Source of the DNA: Bacillota bacterium
Lineage (GTDB): Bacteria > Bacillota > Sulfobacillia > DUSP01 > DYEP01
Assembly: GCA_040755615.1 (NCBI GenBank)
Contig: JBFMAL010000003.1
Coordinates: 8,507-72,506, forward strand
Length of the DNA: 64,000 nucleotides
Reading direction: 5' to 3'
The notes below the pieces were generated by a model that saw only the letters and a list, made by a program, of their open reading frames with translations, searched no databases and was not told where the DNA came from. Shown here piece by piece: positions 19,459 to 28,791 of this stretch (the first letter of the stretch is position 1; the number at the start of each line of letters is the position of its first letter). The position numbers were made by a program, and so were the translations under genes.

Positions 19459-20679
19459 TTAAGCTTGATACCCTGTTTCGTGTCGTCCGGATCCGTGTGC
19501 TTTGCGCCAGGCCCTGCCAAAGACCAGCTCGTATCTTCTCACGCGTTTCGGGATGAGCCCCTCAGGCCGGAGCAGCAGCACTGTAAGCAGGATCACGCCA
19601 TACAAAAGCATCCTGTAGTCGGTGAAATCGCGGAGCTTTTCGTCGATAAGGGTGAGTAGCACTGCGCCTACTGTCACGCCGGTCACGTTGTCCATCCCTC
19701 CAAGGATAACCATACAGATTATCATAAGGGATTTTGTGAAATCAAAGTCTTCCGGACCGATGAAACTGATGTAATGAGCATAGATGGCGCCCGCTGCTCC
19801 CGCGAAGGCACCACCCGCGCAGAACGCTAAAAGCTTGGCGGAGGCCGGGTTTATCCCCTGGCAGCGCGCCGCTATCTCGTCCTCCCCAATAGTATTCCAG
19901 CAAAGCCCCAGGCGGGAGATGTGAAGTCTTGAGGCCACGTAGCCTGCACACATCAACACCAGCGCGGAGAGGTAGAAGTAGTGGGCCTGGTAGGGTAACC
20001 TGTAGCCAAACAGCCAAAGCGGCGAGCGAAAGGAATAGCTGCCGAGAGAATAGGGCGTGATCCCCGCCACCCCGTTCGGCCCGCCCACCCATTCGGTGTT
20101 GATGATGAGGAGCGTGAACACTGTCTGCATGGCGATGGTCACCAGCGACAGGTAGTACCCCCTTGTCCTCAGCGTAGGAAGGCCGATAAGGTAGGCGAGA
20201 AGCACCGTCATAACCATGGCCGCGGGGATGCCAAACCAGGGGTTAAGGCCTATCTTCATATTGAGCAATGCGGAGGTGTAAGCGCCCATGCCGAAGAACG
20301 CGCCTCCCGCGAAGTTGGTCATGTCGGTGCTTCCCATCTGGAAGTTAAGGCCCAGCGCAGTAATGGCATAAAGGCATGCCATCACTGCGATGTGCACGAG
20401 ATAGGGGCTTTTCCGTATGGTAAAGGGAAACAAAAACAGGATTATGGAAAGCGCAAGGAGCGCAGCGCGCCTGTTTTGTGAGTACAGCCGAAACAGCTCA
20501 TCGATAAGCCCCACCCGCTCAAGGCAGATAAGGCCTGTCACGATCAACGCCACGGCGCTCATGGACACGTAGAACCGGCCTGTCACCACCGCATATACGA
20601 GGGCGGCGGAGACTGCGTTGATCGCCACCACGAGCGCAGGTTCCCACTTCGGGTTCAGTCTCGCAATCAATCTTGACAT
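19459..20679 (-). CDS. livM: Branched-chain amino acid ABC transporter permease (LivM type)
   Basis: Polytopic membrane protein with a LivM-like conserved loop. Confidence 0.8.
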   Translation of the reverse strand: MSRLIARLNPKWEPALVVAINAVSAALVYAVVTGRFYVSMSAVALIVTGLICLERVGLIDELFRLYSQNRRAALLALSIILFLFPFTIRKSPYLVHIAVMACLYAITALGLNFQMGSTDMTNFAGGAFFGMGAYTSALLNMKIGLNPWFGIPAAMVMTVLLAYLIGLPTLRTRGYYLSLVTIAMQTVFTLLIINTEWVGGPNGVAGITPYSLGSYSFRSPLWLFGYRLPYQAHYFYLSALVLMCAGYVASRLHISRLGLCWNTIGEDEIAARCQGINPASAKLLAFCAGGAFAGAAGAIYAHYISFIGPEDFDFTKSLMIICMVILGGMDNVTGVTVGAVLLTLIDEKLRDFTDYRMLLYGVILLTVLLLRPEGLIPKRVRRYELVFGRAWRKAHGSGRHETGYQA

Positions 20680-20726
20680 GGTTTCACGGACCCCTTTCGT
20701 TCATGCCGGCTTGGACCACTCACGCC

Positions 20727-21647
20727 CTACACCTTCTCCACTGTCTTTTCGCCGAGGATGCCTTCCGGCTTGAATATCATGAACAGCACGACGACCATGA
20801 AGGCGAATACGCTGGCGTACGCTGTGCCCCCGTGGATGTACCCGGAGACGAACACCTCGACGAAAGCGATGAGCATGGAGCCGACGATGGCTCCGTAGGT
20901 GTTGCCGAGCCCGCCCACCACGGCTGCGGAAAACCCTTTCAGACCGTACAGCGCGCCCATGTCAAACCTGATGATGCTGTAATAGGAGCCGATCAGGAAG
21001 CCGCCGATACCAAGCAGCAATCCCCCAATAACGAAGGTCAGTGTGACGATGGCACCGGGGTTGATCCCTATCATGCACGCGGCTTCCTTGTTCTGGGATA
21101 TCGCCTGCATGGACTTGCCTGTCTTGGTGCGGTTCACAAACAGAAACAAAAGCGTCAAAAGGACCAAGGTTGTACCCAAGATGATGAGGTTTCTGTACGA
21201 GAGGATGGCCATATCAGACAGCGCTCCCCCGGGCAGGAGCCTTGGAAACACGTGCGGGTTTCTGCCCTGCGGGTAAAACAGCCCGATGAGCTCACGTATC
21301 ACCACGCCAAGAGCGATCGTGCTGAGGAGCGGCATGAGCGAGGGTCTTCCCTCAAATGGTTTCACCCCCACCCTGTGCGTCGTCACGCTGAGAAGTGCGC
21401 AAAGCATGGTCCCTCCGAGCACTACTGCGAGCGTTAACAGCCACACGGGAACACCAGCCACGAGCCCGCCCGCTACTGCCAGGGAGTAAATCGCAAGTAC
21501 GCCGAATGCTCCGAAGATAGCGATATCCCCTACACAGAAGATCACTGTATCAATGACCCCGAAAAACAGCGAATACCCTATGGCAGCCAGGGTGTAGCAG
21601 CTACCAAGTAGCAACGCGTTCATAACCTGCTCGGTGAAAACAGACAC
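20727..21647 (-). CDS. livH: Branched-chain amino acid ABC transporter permease (LivH type)
   Basis: Polytopic membrane protein; LivH-like. Confidence 0.8.
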   Translation of the reverse strand: MSVFTEQVMNALLLGSCYTLAAIGYSLFFGVIDTVIFCVGDIAIFGAFGVLAIYSLAVAGGLVAGVPVWLLTLAVVLGGTMLCALLSVTTHRVGVKPFEGRPSLMPLLSTIALGVVIRELIGLFYPQGRNPHVFPRLLPGGALSDMAILSYRNLIILGTTLVLLTLLFLFVNRTKTGKSMQAISQNKEAACMIGINPGAIVTLTFVIGGLLLGIGGFLIGSYYSIIRFDMGALYGLKGFSAAVVGGLGNTYGAIVGSMLIAFVEVFVSGYIHGGTAYASVFAFMVVVLFMIFKPEGILGEKTVEKV

Positions 21648-21729
21648 TTCGTATTATCCTCCTCCGGCGTCTTGTTTGCCAAAAACCCTATAGAAATAAA
21701 AAACGGGGAAACGGGGCCGTCCTTAAAAC

Positions 21730-22944
21730 CTATTTGGGAAGGGTCCTCTTCCCTGTGGCGTATTCAGAGTCATCCCACGGTACCCATTTACCATCCTGGA
21801 CCACCAGTATGGTAGCTATGGCGTTGGTCGTCTGGCCGACCGAGTTGAACTTGGTCGTACCCAAAAGGCCTGAATACTCTATCTTGGCTATGGCGTCGAT
21901 GAGTTTGTCCCTGTCAGGTCCGACCTGCTTCAAAGCGGCCAGTATAATGCCTGCCGCATCATAAGCGTAAGGCCCGTACACGCCGAAAGGCTCTTTAAAT
22001 CCTGCCTTCTCATATTCAGCCACGAACTGAGCCCCGCCGGGGAGCTTGTCAATGCTCTTTCCGGGCTTGCTGCTAATGGTGCCTTCAGCGTTGGCTCCTG
22101 CGACCTCGATATACTTCTCCGAGCCGATACCGGATATGGCTGCCATGGGCACCGTGATCCCGAGCTCAGCCATTTGCTGCTTGATCAGCGCGCCTTCCAT
22201 TACCACGCCGCCAAAGTACACTGCGTCGGGGTTCAAACTCTTGATCTTGGTTAGAATCGGACGGAAATCTGTCTGGCCTACCTGGATTTCGTCCACGCTC
22301 AGGATCTCCGCGCCGGCTCGTTTGCCCACTTCGTCTTTCCATGCCGCGGTGTTGTTCTTTCCATAAACGCTGGTGTCAGAAATGATAACCCACTTTTTTA
22401 GGCCCATCTGGTCAATAGCGAAGTTGGCCAGCGGGATGTTCTCCTGAACGGAGGTGGGGCACACGCGCGTGACAATGGGGTAGTTCTCCGCAGTTGTCAA
22501 AGTCGGAGAGATGGCCCCCCAGATGACAAACGGTATGCCTGCCTGTTTGAAGACGGGAATGGTCGCTTCCGCCACCGGGCTGTTCCAATGTCCGCTGGCA
22601 GCCACCACATCCGGGTCGGATGTGATTTTAAGCGCAGCTGATACGCCGGTTGCCGGCGTGGAGGCGTCATCCATCTCAATTACTTCGATCTTGAAAGGGA
22701 ATTGTCCGGATTCGTTCGCCAGCTTAATGGCAAGGTTGAATGCATTCCTCGCACCTGTCCCCTGATACGCGTTAGGCCCTGTGAGAGGTCCAATGAAGCC
22801 GATTTTGACAACCTTGGGTGTCTCGGGAGCTGTGTCTTTTGGTGCCGCTGCATCCCTGCCGCAGCCAGTCAGGCTGAAGCCAAAAAACAGGGCGACCACT
22901 ATCAACAAGCCGGTCAGTCTGACAGTCTTGCGCGAAGCAACCAT
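21730..22944 (-). CDS. Liv-type ABC transporter substrate-binding lipoprotein (periplasmic binding protein family I)
   Basis: Signal peptide with lipobox …FSLTGCG…, then …KIGFIGPLTGPNAYQG…. Start at MVASRK (22944) behind GGAGG; the longer ORF upstream is discounted. Confidence 0.75.
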   Translation of the reverse strand: MVASRKTVRLTGLLIVVALFFGFSLTGCGRDAAAPKDTAPETPKVVKIGFIGPLTGPNAYQGTGARNAFNLAIKLANESGQFPFKIEVIEMDDASTPATGVSAALKITSDPDVVAASGHWNSPVAEATIPVFKQAGIPFVIWGAISPTLTTAENYPIVTRVCPTSVQENIPLANFAIDQMGLKKWVIISDTSVYGKNNTAAWKDEVGKRAGAEILSVDEIQVGQTDFRPILTKIKSLNPDAVYFGGVVMEGALIKQQMAELGITVPMAAISGIGSEKYIEVAGANAEGTISSKPGKSIDKLPGGAQFVAEYEKAGFKEPFGVYGPYAYDAAGIILAALKQVGPDRDKLIDAIAKIEYSGLLGTTKFNSVGQTTNAIATILVVQDGKWVPWDDSEYATGKRTLPK

Positions 22945-23344
22945 CTGTTTTCCTCCCTCTTCCTCCCATAATTGTGTGATAACCCAACAAGACACCTTCA
23001 ATCTGACTTGACGCCCTCTTTGAATACCGCTGCAAGGCCAGCCCCGTTCCCCGCTTGCAAGCCTTACGGTTGCTAATCTCCGCGCCCCACCCCCTATTTG
23101 CCCAGCATATCCTGCTCTTCCTTGCGTCATTTCTTCATTGAGTCGACTTAACCTCTTTTTGACCCCGCAGCCTGGGCCCAGAAACACTTATCCATCTCGC
23201 CCTGGCTCGCCTCGCGCGCCCCGGGCTGTCGGGCACAAACTGCCCACAGAGCCTAAAGCACCATCTCGCGGGCTTTCTTATGAAGCGATGATCTCTTTGA
23301 CCACCGCGCGCAGCGAGATCGGTCTTCTCTTTATTACTACTTCA

Positions 23345-23360
23345 GCAACAACTGTGCCAC
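23345..23360 (-). promoter_or_regulatory. Sigma-54 (RpoN) -24/-12 promoter driving the livK / Mo-hydroxylase / livGF operon
   Basis: Minus strand reads G-TGGCAC-AGTTG-TTGC-T, a near-perfect match to TGGCAC-N5-TTGCW. It lies about 400 nt upstream of the livK ATG and divergent from the sigma-54 activator gene. Confidence 0.6.
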
Positions 23361-23397
23361 CGGAGGAAAACGGCCTCCGTAAGCCTAACGTGCAGGA

Positions 23398-23418
23398 ATT
23401 CTCTCGGAAAAAGAGAAT
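23398..23418. promoter_or_regulatory. Candidate enhancer (UAS) palindrome for the sigma-54 activator
   Basis: ATTCTCT-N7-AGAGAAT perfect 7-bp inverted repeat about 40 bp upstream of the -24 element. An adjacent CGGAGG-aaaacgg-CCTCCG hairpin lies at 23361-23378. Confidence 0.3.
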
Positions 23419-23587
23419 CATGAAAAAACACTAAACAACATAATCATAAGCCTTTGATTCTATTACGACTTAACCACCCGGAGCCTTGTGTCATCTCGAG
23501 CTGGTTTGATACCTGCATTCACTGGGTTTTATTGCGGACCGGCTCGTACGGCGCGTCTAATGCACAGCTGACTTATTCATTGGGGAG

Positions 23588-25327
23588 TTGTCACTGCTTA
23601 TGAAGATCCGAACTTTTATGAAGCTGGCTGACACTGCGGAAATCGGCATCCTGATACTCGGACGCGAGGGCTGCGTGTCCTGTGTCAACAACACCGCGGC
23701 TCAACTTCTGTGGCAGAAAAGTGCTCTGCCGGCTACGCAAAAGACCCTGCCTCCTGCGCTCCTCACCCTGTTTTGCCCGCCTCAGGGTAAGGGGAGAGCG
23801 ACCGTTGTCGCGCGCGGGCGGGTTGAGCTCCCGGGCGGGACGGTGTCGGCGCGGGGCGGAGTGACATTCAGCTCGGGTGTGATTCAGCACGCGTTTCTTT
23901 GCTTGGTGAGAGCTACCGATGATACAGCGAAAGATCAGATCAGCGCGCTGGAGGAACGGCTGAGTACGCTCGAGCAGATTCTCCAGGCCTCCTACGATGA
24001 AGTGTTGGCCACCGATGGCAACGGCGTTGTGTTTTTCGCGAATCACGCCTTTGAAACCCACTACGGCGTGCCCGTATCGGACGTGATCGGGCGTCACGTC
24101 AAGGACCTTGAAAAGGACGGGTTATGGGAGAATTCGGTCACTCCAATGGTGATCTCCAGCAAGCAGCGCATAACCATCCAGCAACGCACTGCGATCGGTA
24201 AGACCATGATCGTCACCGGTACGCCTGTACTTGATTCAAACGGGGAAGTGAAGATGGTGGTGTGCAACGCGCGGGACGTTACCGAGATGAACAAGCTGCA
24301 CTCCGAGCTTGAGAAAACCAAGGACCTGGTGAGGATCTACCAGAAGCAGCTGGCGCTCCAGAGCGAGGGGGAGTTCATCGTATCCCGCAGTGCAAAAATG
24401 CAAGCCGTGCTGGAAACAATGGAGAAGGTGGCCAGGACCGACGTGACCGTGCTGCTGCGCGGCGAATCAGGCGTGGGAAAAGACGTGATCGCCCGGGCAA
24501 TCCACAAAATGGGGTCAAGGCGGGACAAGCTGTTCCTGAAGGTAAGTTGCGCGTCTATCCCCGAGCACCTGATTGAGGCAGAGCTGTTCGGTTACAAGCC
24601 CGGAGCATTTACCGGCGCGCAGAAACAGGGTAAAGCAGGCCTTTTGGAGATCGCGCAAGGCGGAACCATATTCCTTGACGAGATAGGCGAACTGCCCATG
24701 GGGCTTCAGGCAAAGCTCTTGCAAGTACTTGACGAGAAGCAGTTCTTGAAGCTGGGCGATACGAAGCCGACTCGTGTCGATGTCCGGGTGATCACCGCAA
24801 CTAACAGGGATCTCGAAACCATGATTGACCAGGCACTGTTCCGCAGGGACCTCTACCACAGGCTCGGCACGGTCACCATCTTCATACCCCCTCTCAGGGA
24901 GAGACCCGAGGACGTGCTGGCGTTTCTCCATTACTACCTTGACTCCCTGAACAGGAAGTACCAGACACAAAAGCGGTTTGACCCAAAAGCCATTAACGCA
25001 CTTCTGTCTTACCGATGGCCCGGCAACGTGAGGGAGCTCGCCAACCTGCTCGAACAGCTCGTGGTCACGGTGGACGACGACGTTATTGGGCTTTGCAGCC
25101 TGCCCCCTGACATCGTGGTCCAGACCGAAAACGGTGCTTTGCCAGGCCTTCGCGGGGCAGGCTCCCTGGCGGAAGCGCTTGAGTCGGTGGAAGCTACCAT
25201 CATACGCGAGGCATACAGGCGTTACGGCAGCAGCTACCAGGTCGCGCGGGCGCTGGGCCTCAGCCAGTCGGCCGCTTATAGAAAGTACCAAAAGTACGTG
25301 GTAGGTGAAGGTACCGGCCAAAGGTAG
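23588..25327 (+). CDS. Sigma-54-dependent transcriptional activator (PAS sensor, AAA+ sigma-54 interaction domain, Fis-type HTH)
   Basis: GESGVGKDVIARAIH Walker A, GAFTGA motif (…KPGAFTGAQ…), and C-terminal HTH …YGSSYQVARALGLSQSAAYRKYQKY. Confidence 0.85.
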   Translation: MSLLMKIRTFMKLADTAEIGILILGREGCVSCVNNTAAQLLWQKSALPATQKTLPPALLTLFCPPQGKGRATVVARGRVELPGGTVSARGGVTFSSGVIQHAFLCLVRATDDTAKDQISALEERLSTLEQILQASYDEVLATDGNGVVFFANHAFETHYGVPVSDVIGRHVKDLEKDGLWENSVTPMVISSKQRITIQQRTAIGKTMIVTGTPVLDSNGEVKMVVCNARDVTEMNKLHSELEKTKDLVRIYQKQLALQSEGEFIVSRSAKMQAVLETMEKVARTDVTVLLRGESGVGKDVIARAIHKMGSRRDKLFLKVSCASIPEHLIEAELFGYKPGAFTGAQKQGKAGLLEIAQGGTIFLDEIGELPMGLQAKLLQVLDEKQFLKLGDTKPTRVDVRVITATNRDLETMIDQALFRRDLYHRLGTVTIFIPPLRERPEDVLAFLHYYLDSLNRKYQTQKRFDPKAINALLSYRWPGNVRELANLLEQLVVTVDDDVIGLCSLPPDIVVQTENGALPGLRGAGSLAEALESVEATIIREAYRRYGSSYQVARALGLSQSAAYRKYQKYVVGEGTGQR

Positions 25328-25383
25328 CCAGCACTCAGCAAATGCCTGCTGCAGCCGGAATCTGACTTAATCTCAGAAAAAGG

Positions 25384-25716
25384 GTGACCATTATGTCTGA
25401 GCGAGAGACCGTTCTGGTAACCGGGTATTCCAAGGCGCCTCAGGGCACTGTCATGCACGAGGTATATCGTTTGTGCGGCGTAGTGCTGGAGATCGATCCT
25501 GAAACCAACGTGATCGTCGATGCAGAACTGACATTCATCACTGACCTGGCGCAGCGCTTTTTCCACAAGCTGATCGTGGGTTACAACCTGTCTGACGGCA
25601 TCGACGGCCTGGTTGAAAGGATCAGAAAGCGCTATCTGGCCCCTTCGGACGAAGCGATGATAGCGGCCCTCAAGACCGCCATCCAACGCTTCATGGAAAC
25701 ATATGGCAGGAAATAA
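25384..25716 (+). CDS. Small conserved protein of unknown function (110 aa), first gene of the CoA-transferase operon
   Basis: Clean ORF with protein-like composition in the expected operon position. Possibly a DUF3870-type protein; that rests on memory only. Confidence 0.4.
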   Translation: MTIMSERETVLVTGYSKAPQGTVMHEVYRLCGVVLEIDPETNVIVDAELTFITDLAQRFFHKLIVGYNLSDGIDGLVERIRKRYLAPSDEAMIAALKTAIQRFMETYGRK

Positions 25717-25933
25717 CCGCTGCAGAATCTTGTTCAAGCAGAAGGAAAAATGGATAATTCGGAGAATATGTGTAGTTAACAAAACCCTATACAGTCCACG
25801 CAGGAGCAGTTTACCTGTCCTGGGCCGGTAACCCCGGAGCAGAAAAACAGGTGAAACCTAGCCCTCCTTCAACTCGCAAGAGTGTTGGAGCAGGTGCTAG
25901 GTTTTTGTGTTTTGATGAAGGAGGGAGCGATGT

Positions 25934-26845
25934 ATGAAGCAGGCCAAGGTTATGAACCTGGCCAGAGCAGTCAGCGAGCTGGTGCACGACGGAGACACAG
26001 TGTACCTGGCCGGGTTCACCCATCTCATTCCGTTCGCTGCAGGCCACGAAATCATCAGGCAACGAAAGCGTAACCTCACACTCTGCAGAGCCACTCCTGA
26101 CCTGATCTACGACCAGATGGTGGCAGCCGGATGCGCGAAGAAACTGGTGTTCAGTTGGGCAGGAAACCCGGGAGTGGGGCTTTTGCGCTCGATCCGCAAA
26201 GCGCTGGAACAAGGCGAGCTGGAGATCGAAGAGTACACGCATTACGGCATGACCGCACGGCTGATGGCGGGCGCCACAAACATGCCGTTTTACCCCCTCA
26301 GGTCAAATCTCGGATCAGACCTTCCCAGCGTGAATAAGGAGATAAAGTACGTGACCTGCCCCTACACCGGCAAGCGTATCAGCGTGGTACCCGCCCTGAA
26401 CCCCGACGTGTCCATCATCCACGTGCAGAGGGCGGACCGCCATGGCAACGCTCACATCTGGGGTATCGTGGGCGAACAGAAAGAGGCGGCCTTCGCGGCC
26501 TCCAGGGTGATCCTGACAGCAGAGGAGATCGTGCCGGATGAAGTCATCGCTTCCGACCCCAACCGCACGCTGATCCCCGGCATGATCGTGGACGCAGTGG
26601 TAGAAGTGCCGTGGTGCGCCCATCCTTCCTACGCCCAGGGGTATTACGACAGGGACAACCAGTTCTATATCGAGTACGAGGAGATCACCAAGGACCCCGG
26701 CGGGCTTTCAAGGTGGCTCGATACGTGGGTGTACGGTGTGGCTGACCGGCGAGAGTACATGGAGCGCCTGCCCGCAGCCCGCGTGCTCGCCCTGCAAGGC
26801 CGTAGGAGGTACAGCTATCCTGTAGACTACGGGTATTATGCGTGA
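25934..26845 (+). CDS. CoA-transferase subunit A (glutaconate / 3-oxoacid CoA-transferase family I)
   Basis: …VHDGDTVYLAGF…, …SWAGNPGVG…, family-I alpha-subunit layout. Confidence 0.75.
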   Translation: MKQAKVMNLARAVSELVHDGDTVYLAGFTHLIPFAAGHEIIRQRKRNLTLCRATPDLIYDQMVAAGCAKKLVFSWAGNPGVGLLRSIRKALEQGELEIEEYTHYGMTARLMAGATNMPFYPLRSNLGSDLPSVNKEIKYVTCPYTGKRISVVPALNPDVSIIHVQRADRHGNAHIWGIVGEQKEAAFAASRVILTAEEIVPDEVIASDPNRTLIPGMIVDAVVEVPWCAHPSYAQGYYDRDNQFYIEYEEITKDPGGLSRWLDTWVYGVADRREYMERLPAARVLALQGRRRYSYPVDYGYYA

Positions 26846-26857
26846 GGAGGAAGTACC

Positions 26858-27625
26858 GTGAAGTATACCAGTGCAGAAATGATGGTCGTGACCGCAGCGC
26901 GCATGTTGAAAAACGGTGACAGGGTGTTTGTCGGTATCGGCATGCCCAACCTCGCCGTAAACCTGGCCAGGAGGCTTCATGCGCCGGACATTCACATGAT
27001 CTTCGAAGCGGGAGTGATCGGTGCCAAGCCCTCACGGCTGCCTCTCTCCATCGGGGACCCGTGTCTTGTGACCGGTGCCGGCTCCGTATGCAGCATGTTC
27101 GACGTCTTCGCCTTTTATCTCCAGCGGGGCCTTATCGATATAGGGTTTCTTGGTGCGGCCCAGGTAGACAGATACGGAAACCTGAACAGCACGGTCATCG
27201 GGCCGTACGACCGGCCCAAGGCAAGACTTGCCGGAAGCGGCGGAGCGTGCGATATCGCGTGCCTTGCAAAGAAGGTCTTCGTGCTTATACCGCATGAGAA
27301 GCGCCGCCTGCCCGAAAAGGTGGACTTCATCACGAGCCCTGGTTTTCTCGGCGGAAGAGCAGAGCGGGAAGCGCTCGGCCTTGAAGGAGGGCCTGATACC
27401 GTCATCACCAACAAAGGGGTACTCCGGTATGACGAGACCGGAGAGATGATACTCACATCCATACATCCCGGCGTGACCGTCGGCGAGGTGCTAGCCAACA
27501 CCGGATGGGAACTGAAGGTATCCCGCACGCTTGAGATCACCCCCGACCCCAATGACGAAGAACTCAGAATCCTGAGGGAGGAGTTGGACCCAGCAGGGGT
27601 GTACCTGGGAGGCGCTATCGCATGA
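26858..27625 (+). CDS. CoA-transferase subunit B
   Basis: …VFVGIGMPN…, …LAGSGGACDIA…, conserved catalytic Glu region …FEAG…. 4-nt overlap with the next gene. Confidence 0.75.
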   Translation: MKYTSAEMMVVTAARMLKNGDRVFVGIGMPNLAVNLARRLHAPDIHMIFEAGVIGAKPSRLPLSIGDPCLVTGAGSVCSMFDVFAFYLQRGLIDIGFLGAAQVDRYGNLNSTVIGPYDRPKARLAGSGGACDIACLAKKVFVLIPHEKRRLPEKVDFITSPGFLGGRAEREALGLEGGPDTVITNKGVLRYDETGEMILTSIHPGVTVGEVLANTGWELKVSRTLEITPDPNDEELRILREELDPAGVYLGGAIA

Positions 27626-28791
27626 GGCGAGTGGCCATCGTGGGAGCAGGTCAGAGCAGGTTCGGCGATTTCCCCGGCATGAGCATTAAGGAACTGTTCG
27701 CAGAGGCATATGCCGAATGCGCCGCATCGGTGGACCGAGGCATCCCTCCTCGGGCGATAGATGCGGTATTCCTCGGTACGCTCGGCACGGGCGGATTCCA
27801 GCTCGGCCAGCCGGCCGCACTGCTGACGAGTTATGTCGGCCTTGCCGCTGTACCCTCCGTACGCATAGAGAACGCGTGCGCTTCAGGCGGGTTCGCGCTG
27901 CTGTCCGCGGTGCACGCTGTATGCGCGGGAGTCTACCGTACGGTGCTGGTGGCGGGAGTGGAGAAAATGAGAGACCTCTCGGCTGATCACGTCAGGTATT
28001 GGCTCGGAGTATCGGGTGACACAGAGTACGAGCGCCTCGCCGGACTCACGTTCGCAGGGATTTATGCCATGATGGCAAGGCACTACCTGGCCCGATACAA
28101 CGTCCCTAGAATCTACCTTTCTAAAGTGGCTGAAAAGAACCATGCGCACGGAGTGCTTAACAAGAAGGCCCACCTGAGACGTCAGATATCGTTGGAAGAA
28201 GCACAGAGCGCCCCCATGGTCGCGGACCCGCTGAACCTATTTGACTGCTCGCCTACAAGCGATGGTGCAGCGTGCGTGCTCATCACCTCGGAGGATCATG
28301 CAGACCGTTTCACTGACAGACCGGTATGGATCCTTGGCTACGGAGCCGGAGGCGACCACCTGGCACTTCACGACAGGCAGGACTGGTGCAGCCTTGCAGC
28401 CACCCGGGATGCGTCCAGGAGAGCATACGAAATGGCAGGTCTCGGGCCCTTAGACATCGACCTGGCTGAAGTGCACGACTGCTTTACCATAGCAGAGCTC
28501 CTGGCTTACGAAGACCTGGGCTTCTGCAACCGGGGTGAGGCACCTTCGCTGCTTGACAAAGGCGTTACCCGCATCGGCGGTTCGCTGCCGGTGAATCTCG
28601 GCGGCGGACTGAAGTCCAAAGGGCATCCCCTCGGGGCTACGGGTGTCGCCCAGGTCGCGGAGATGTTCTTCCAGCTCCGGGGACAGGCGGGCGAGCGCCA
28701 GGCATCTAAGCACCGCACTGGGCTCACCCACAATGTGGGCGGATCGGGCGGGACTGCGGTGGTCTTCATCCTGGGGAGGGATCTAGATTGA
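27622..28791 (+). CDS. Thiolase, SCP-x / non-specific lipid-transfer-protein type
   Basis: MRRVAIVGAGQSRFG…, active-site …ENACASGG…, …NLGGGLKSKGHPLGATG…, the typical SCP-x thiolase signature. Confidence 0.75.
   Translation: MRRVAIVGAGQSRFGDFPGMSIKELFAEAYAECAASVDRGIPPRAIDAVFLGTLGTGGFQLGQPAALLTSYVGLAAVPSVRIENACASGGFALLSAVHAVCAGVYRTVLVAGVEKMRDLSADHVRYWLGVSGDTEYERLAGLTFAGIYAMMARHYLARYNVPRIYLSKVAEKNHAHGVLNKKAHLRRQISLEEAQSAPMVADPLNLFDCSPTSDGAACVLITSEDHADRFTDRPVWILGYGAGGDHLALHDRQDWCSLAATRDASRRAYEMAGLGPLDIDLAEVHDCFTIAELLAYEDLGFCNRGEAPSLLDKGVTRIGGSLPVNLGGGLKSKGHPLGATGVAQVAEMFFQLRGQAGERQASKHRTGLTHNVGGSGGTAVVFILGRDLD

Noticed and set aside
22945-23345. T-box or other riboswitch in the 400-nt livK leader
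   Set aside because: I looked for the T-box core (AAUUAGGGUGGNACCGCG) on the minus strand. Only an unrelated CGCGGTGG stretch and the sigma-54 element were seen; no specifier or antiterminator arrangement was seen.
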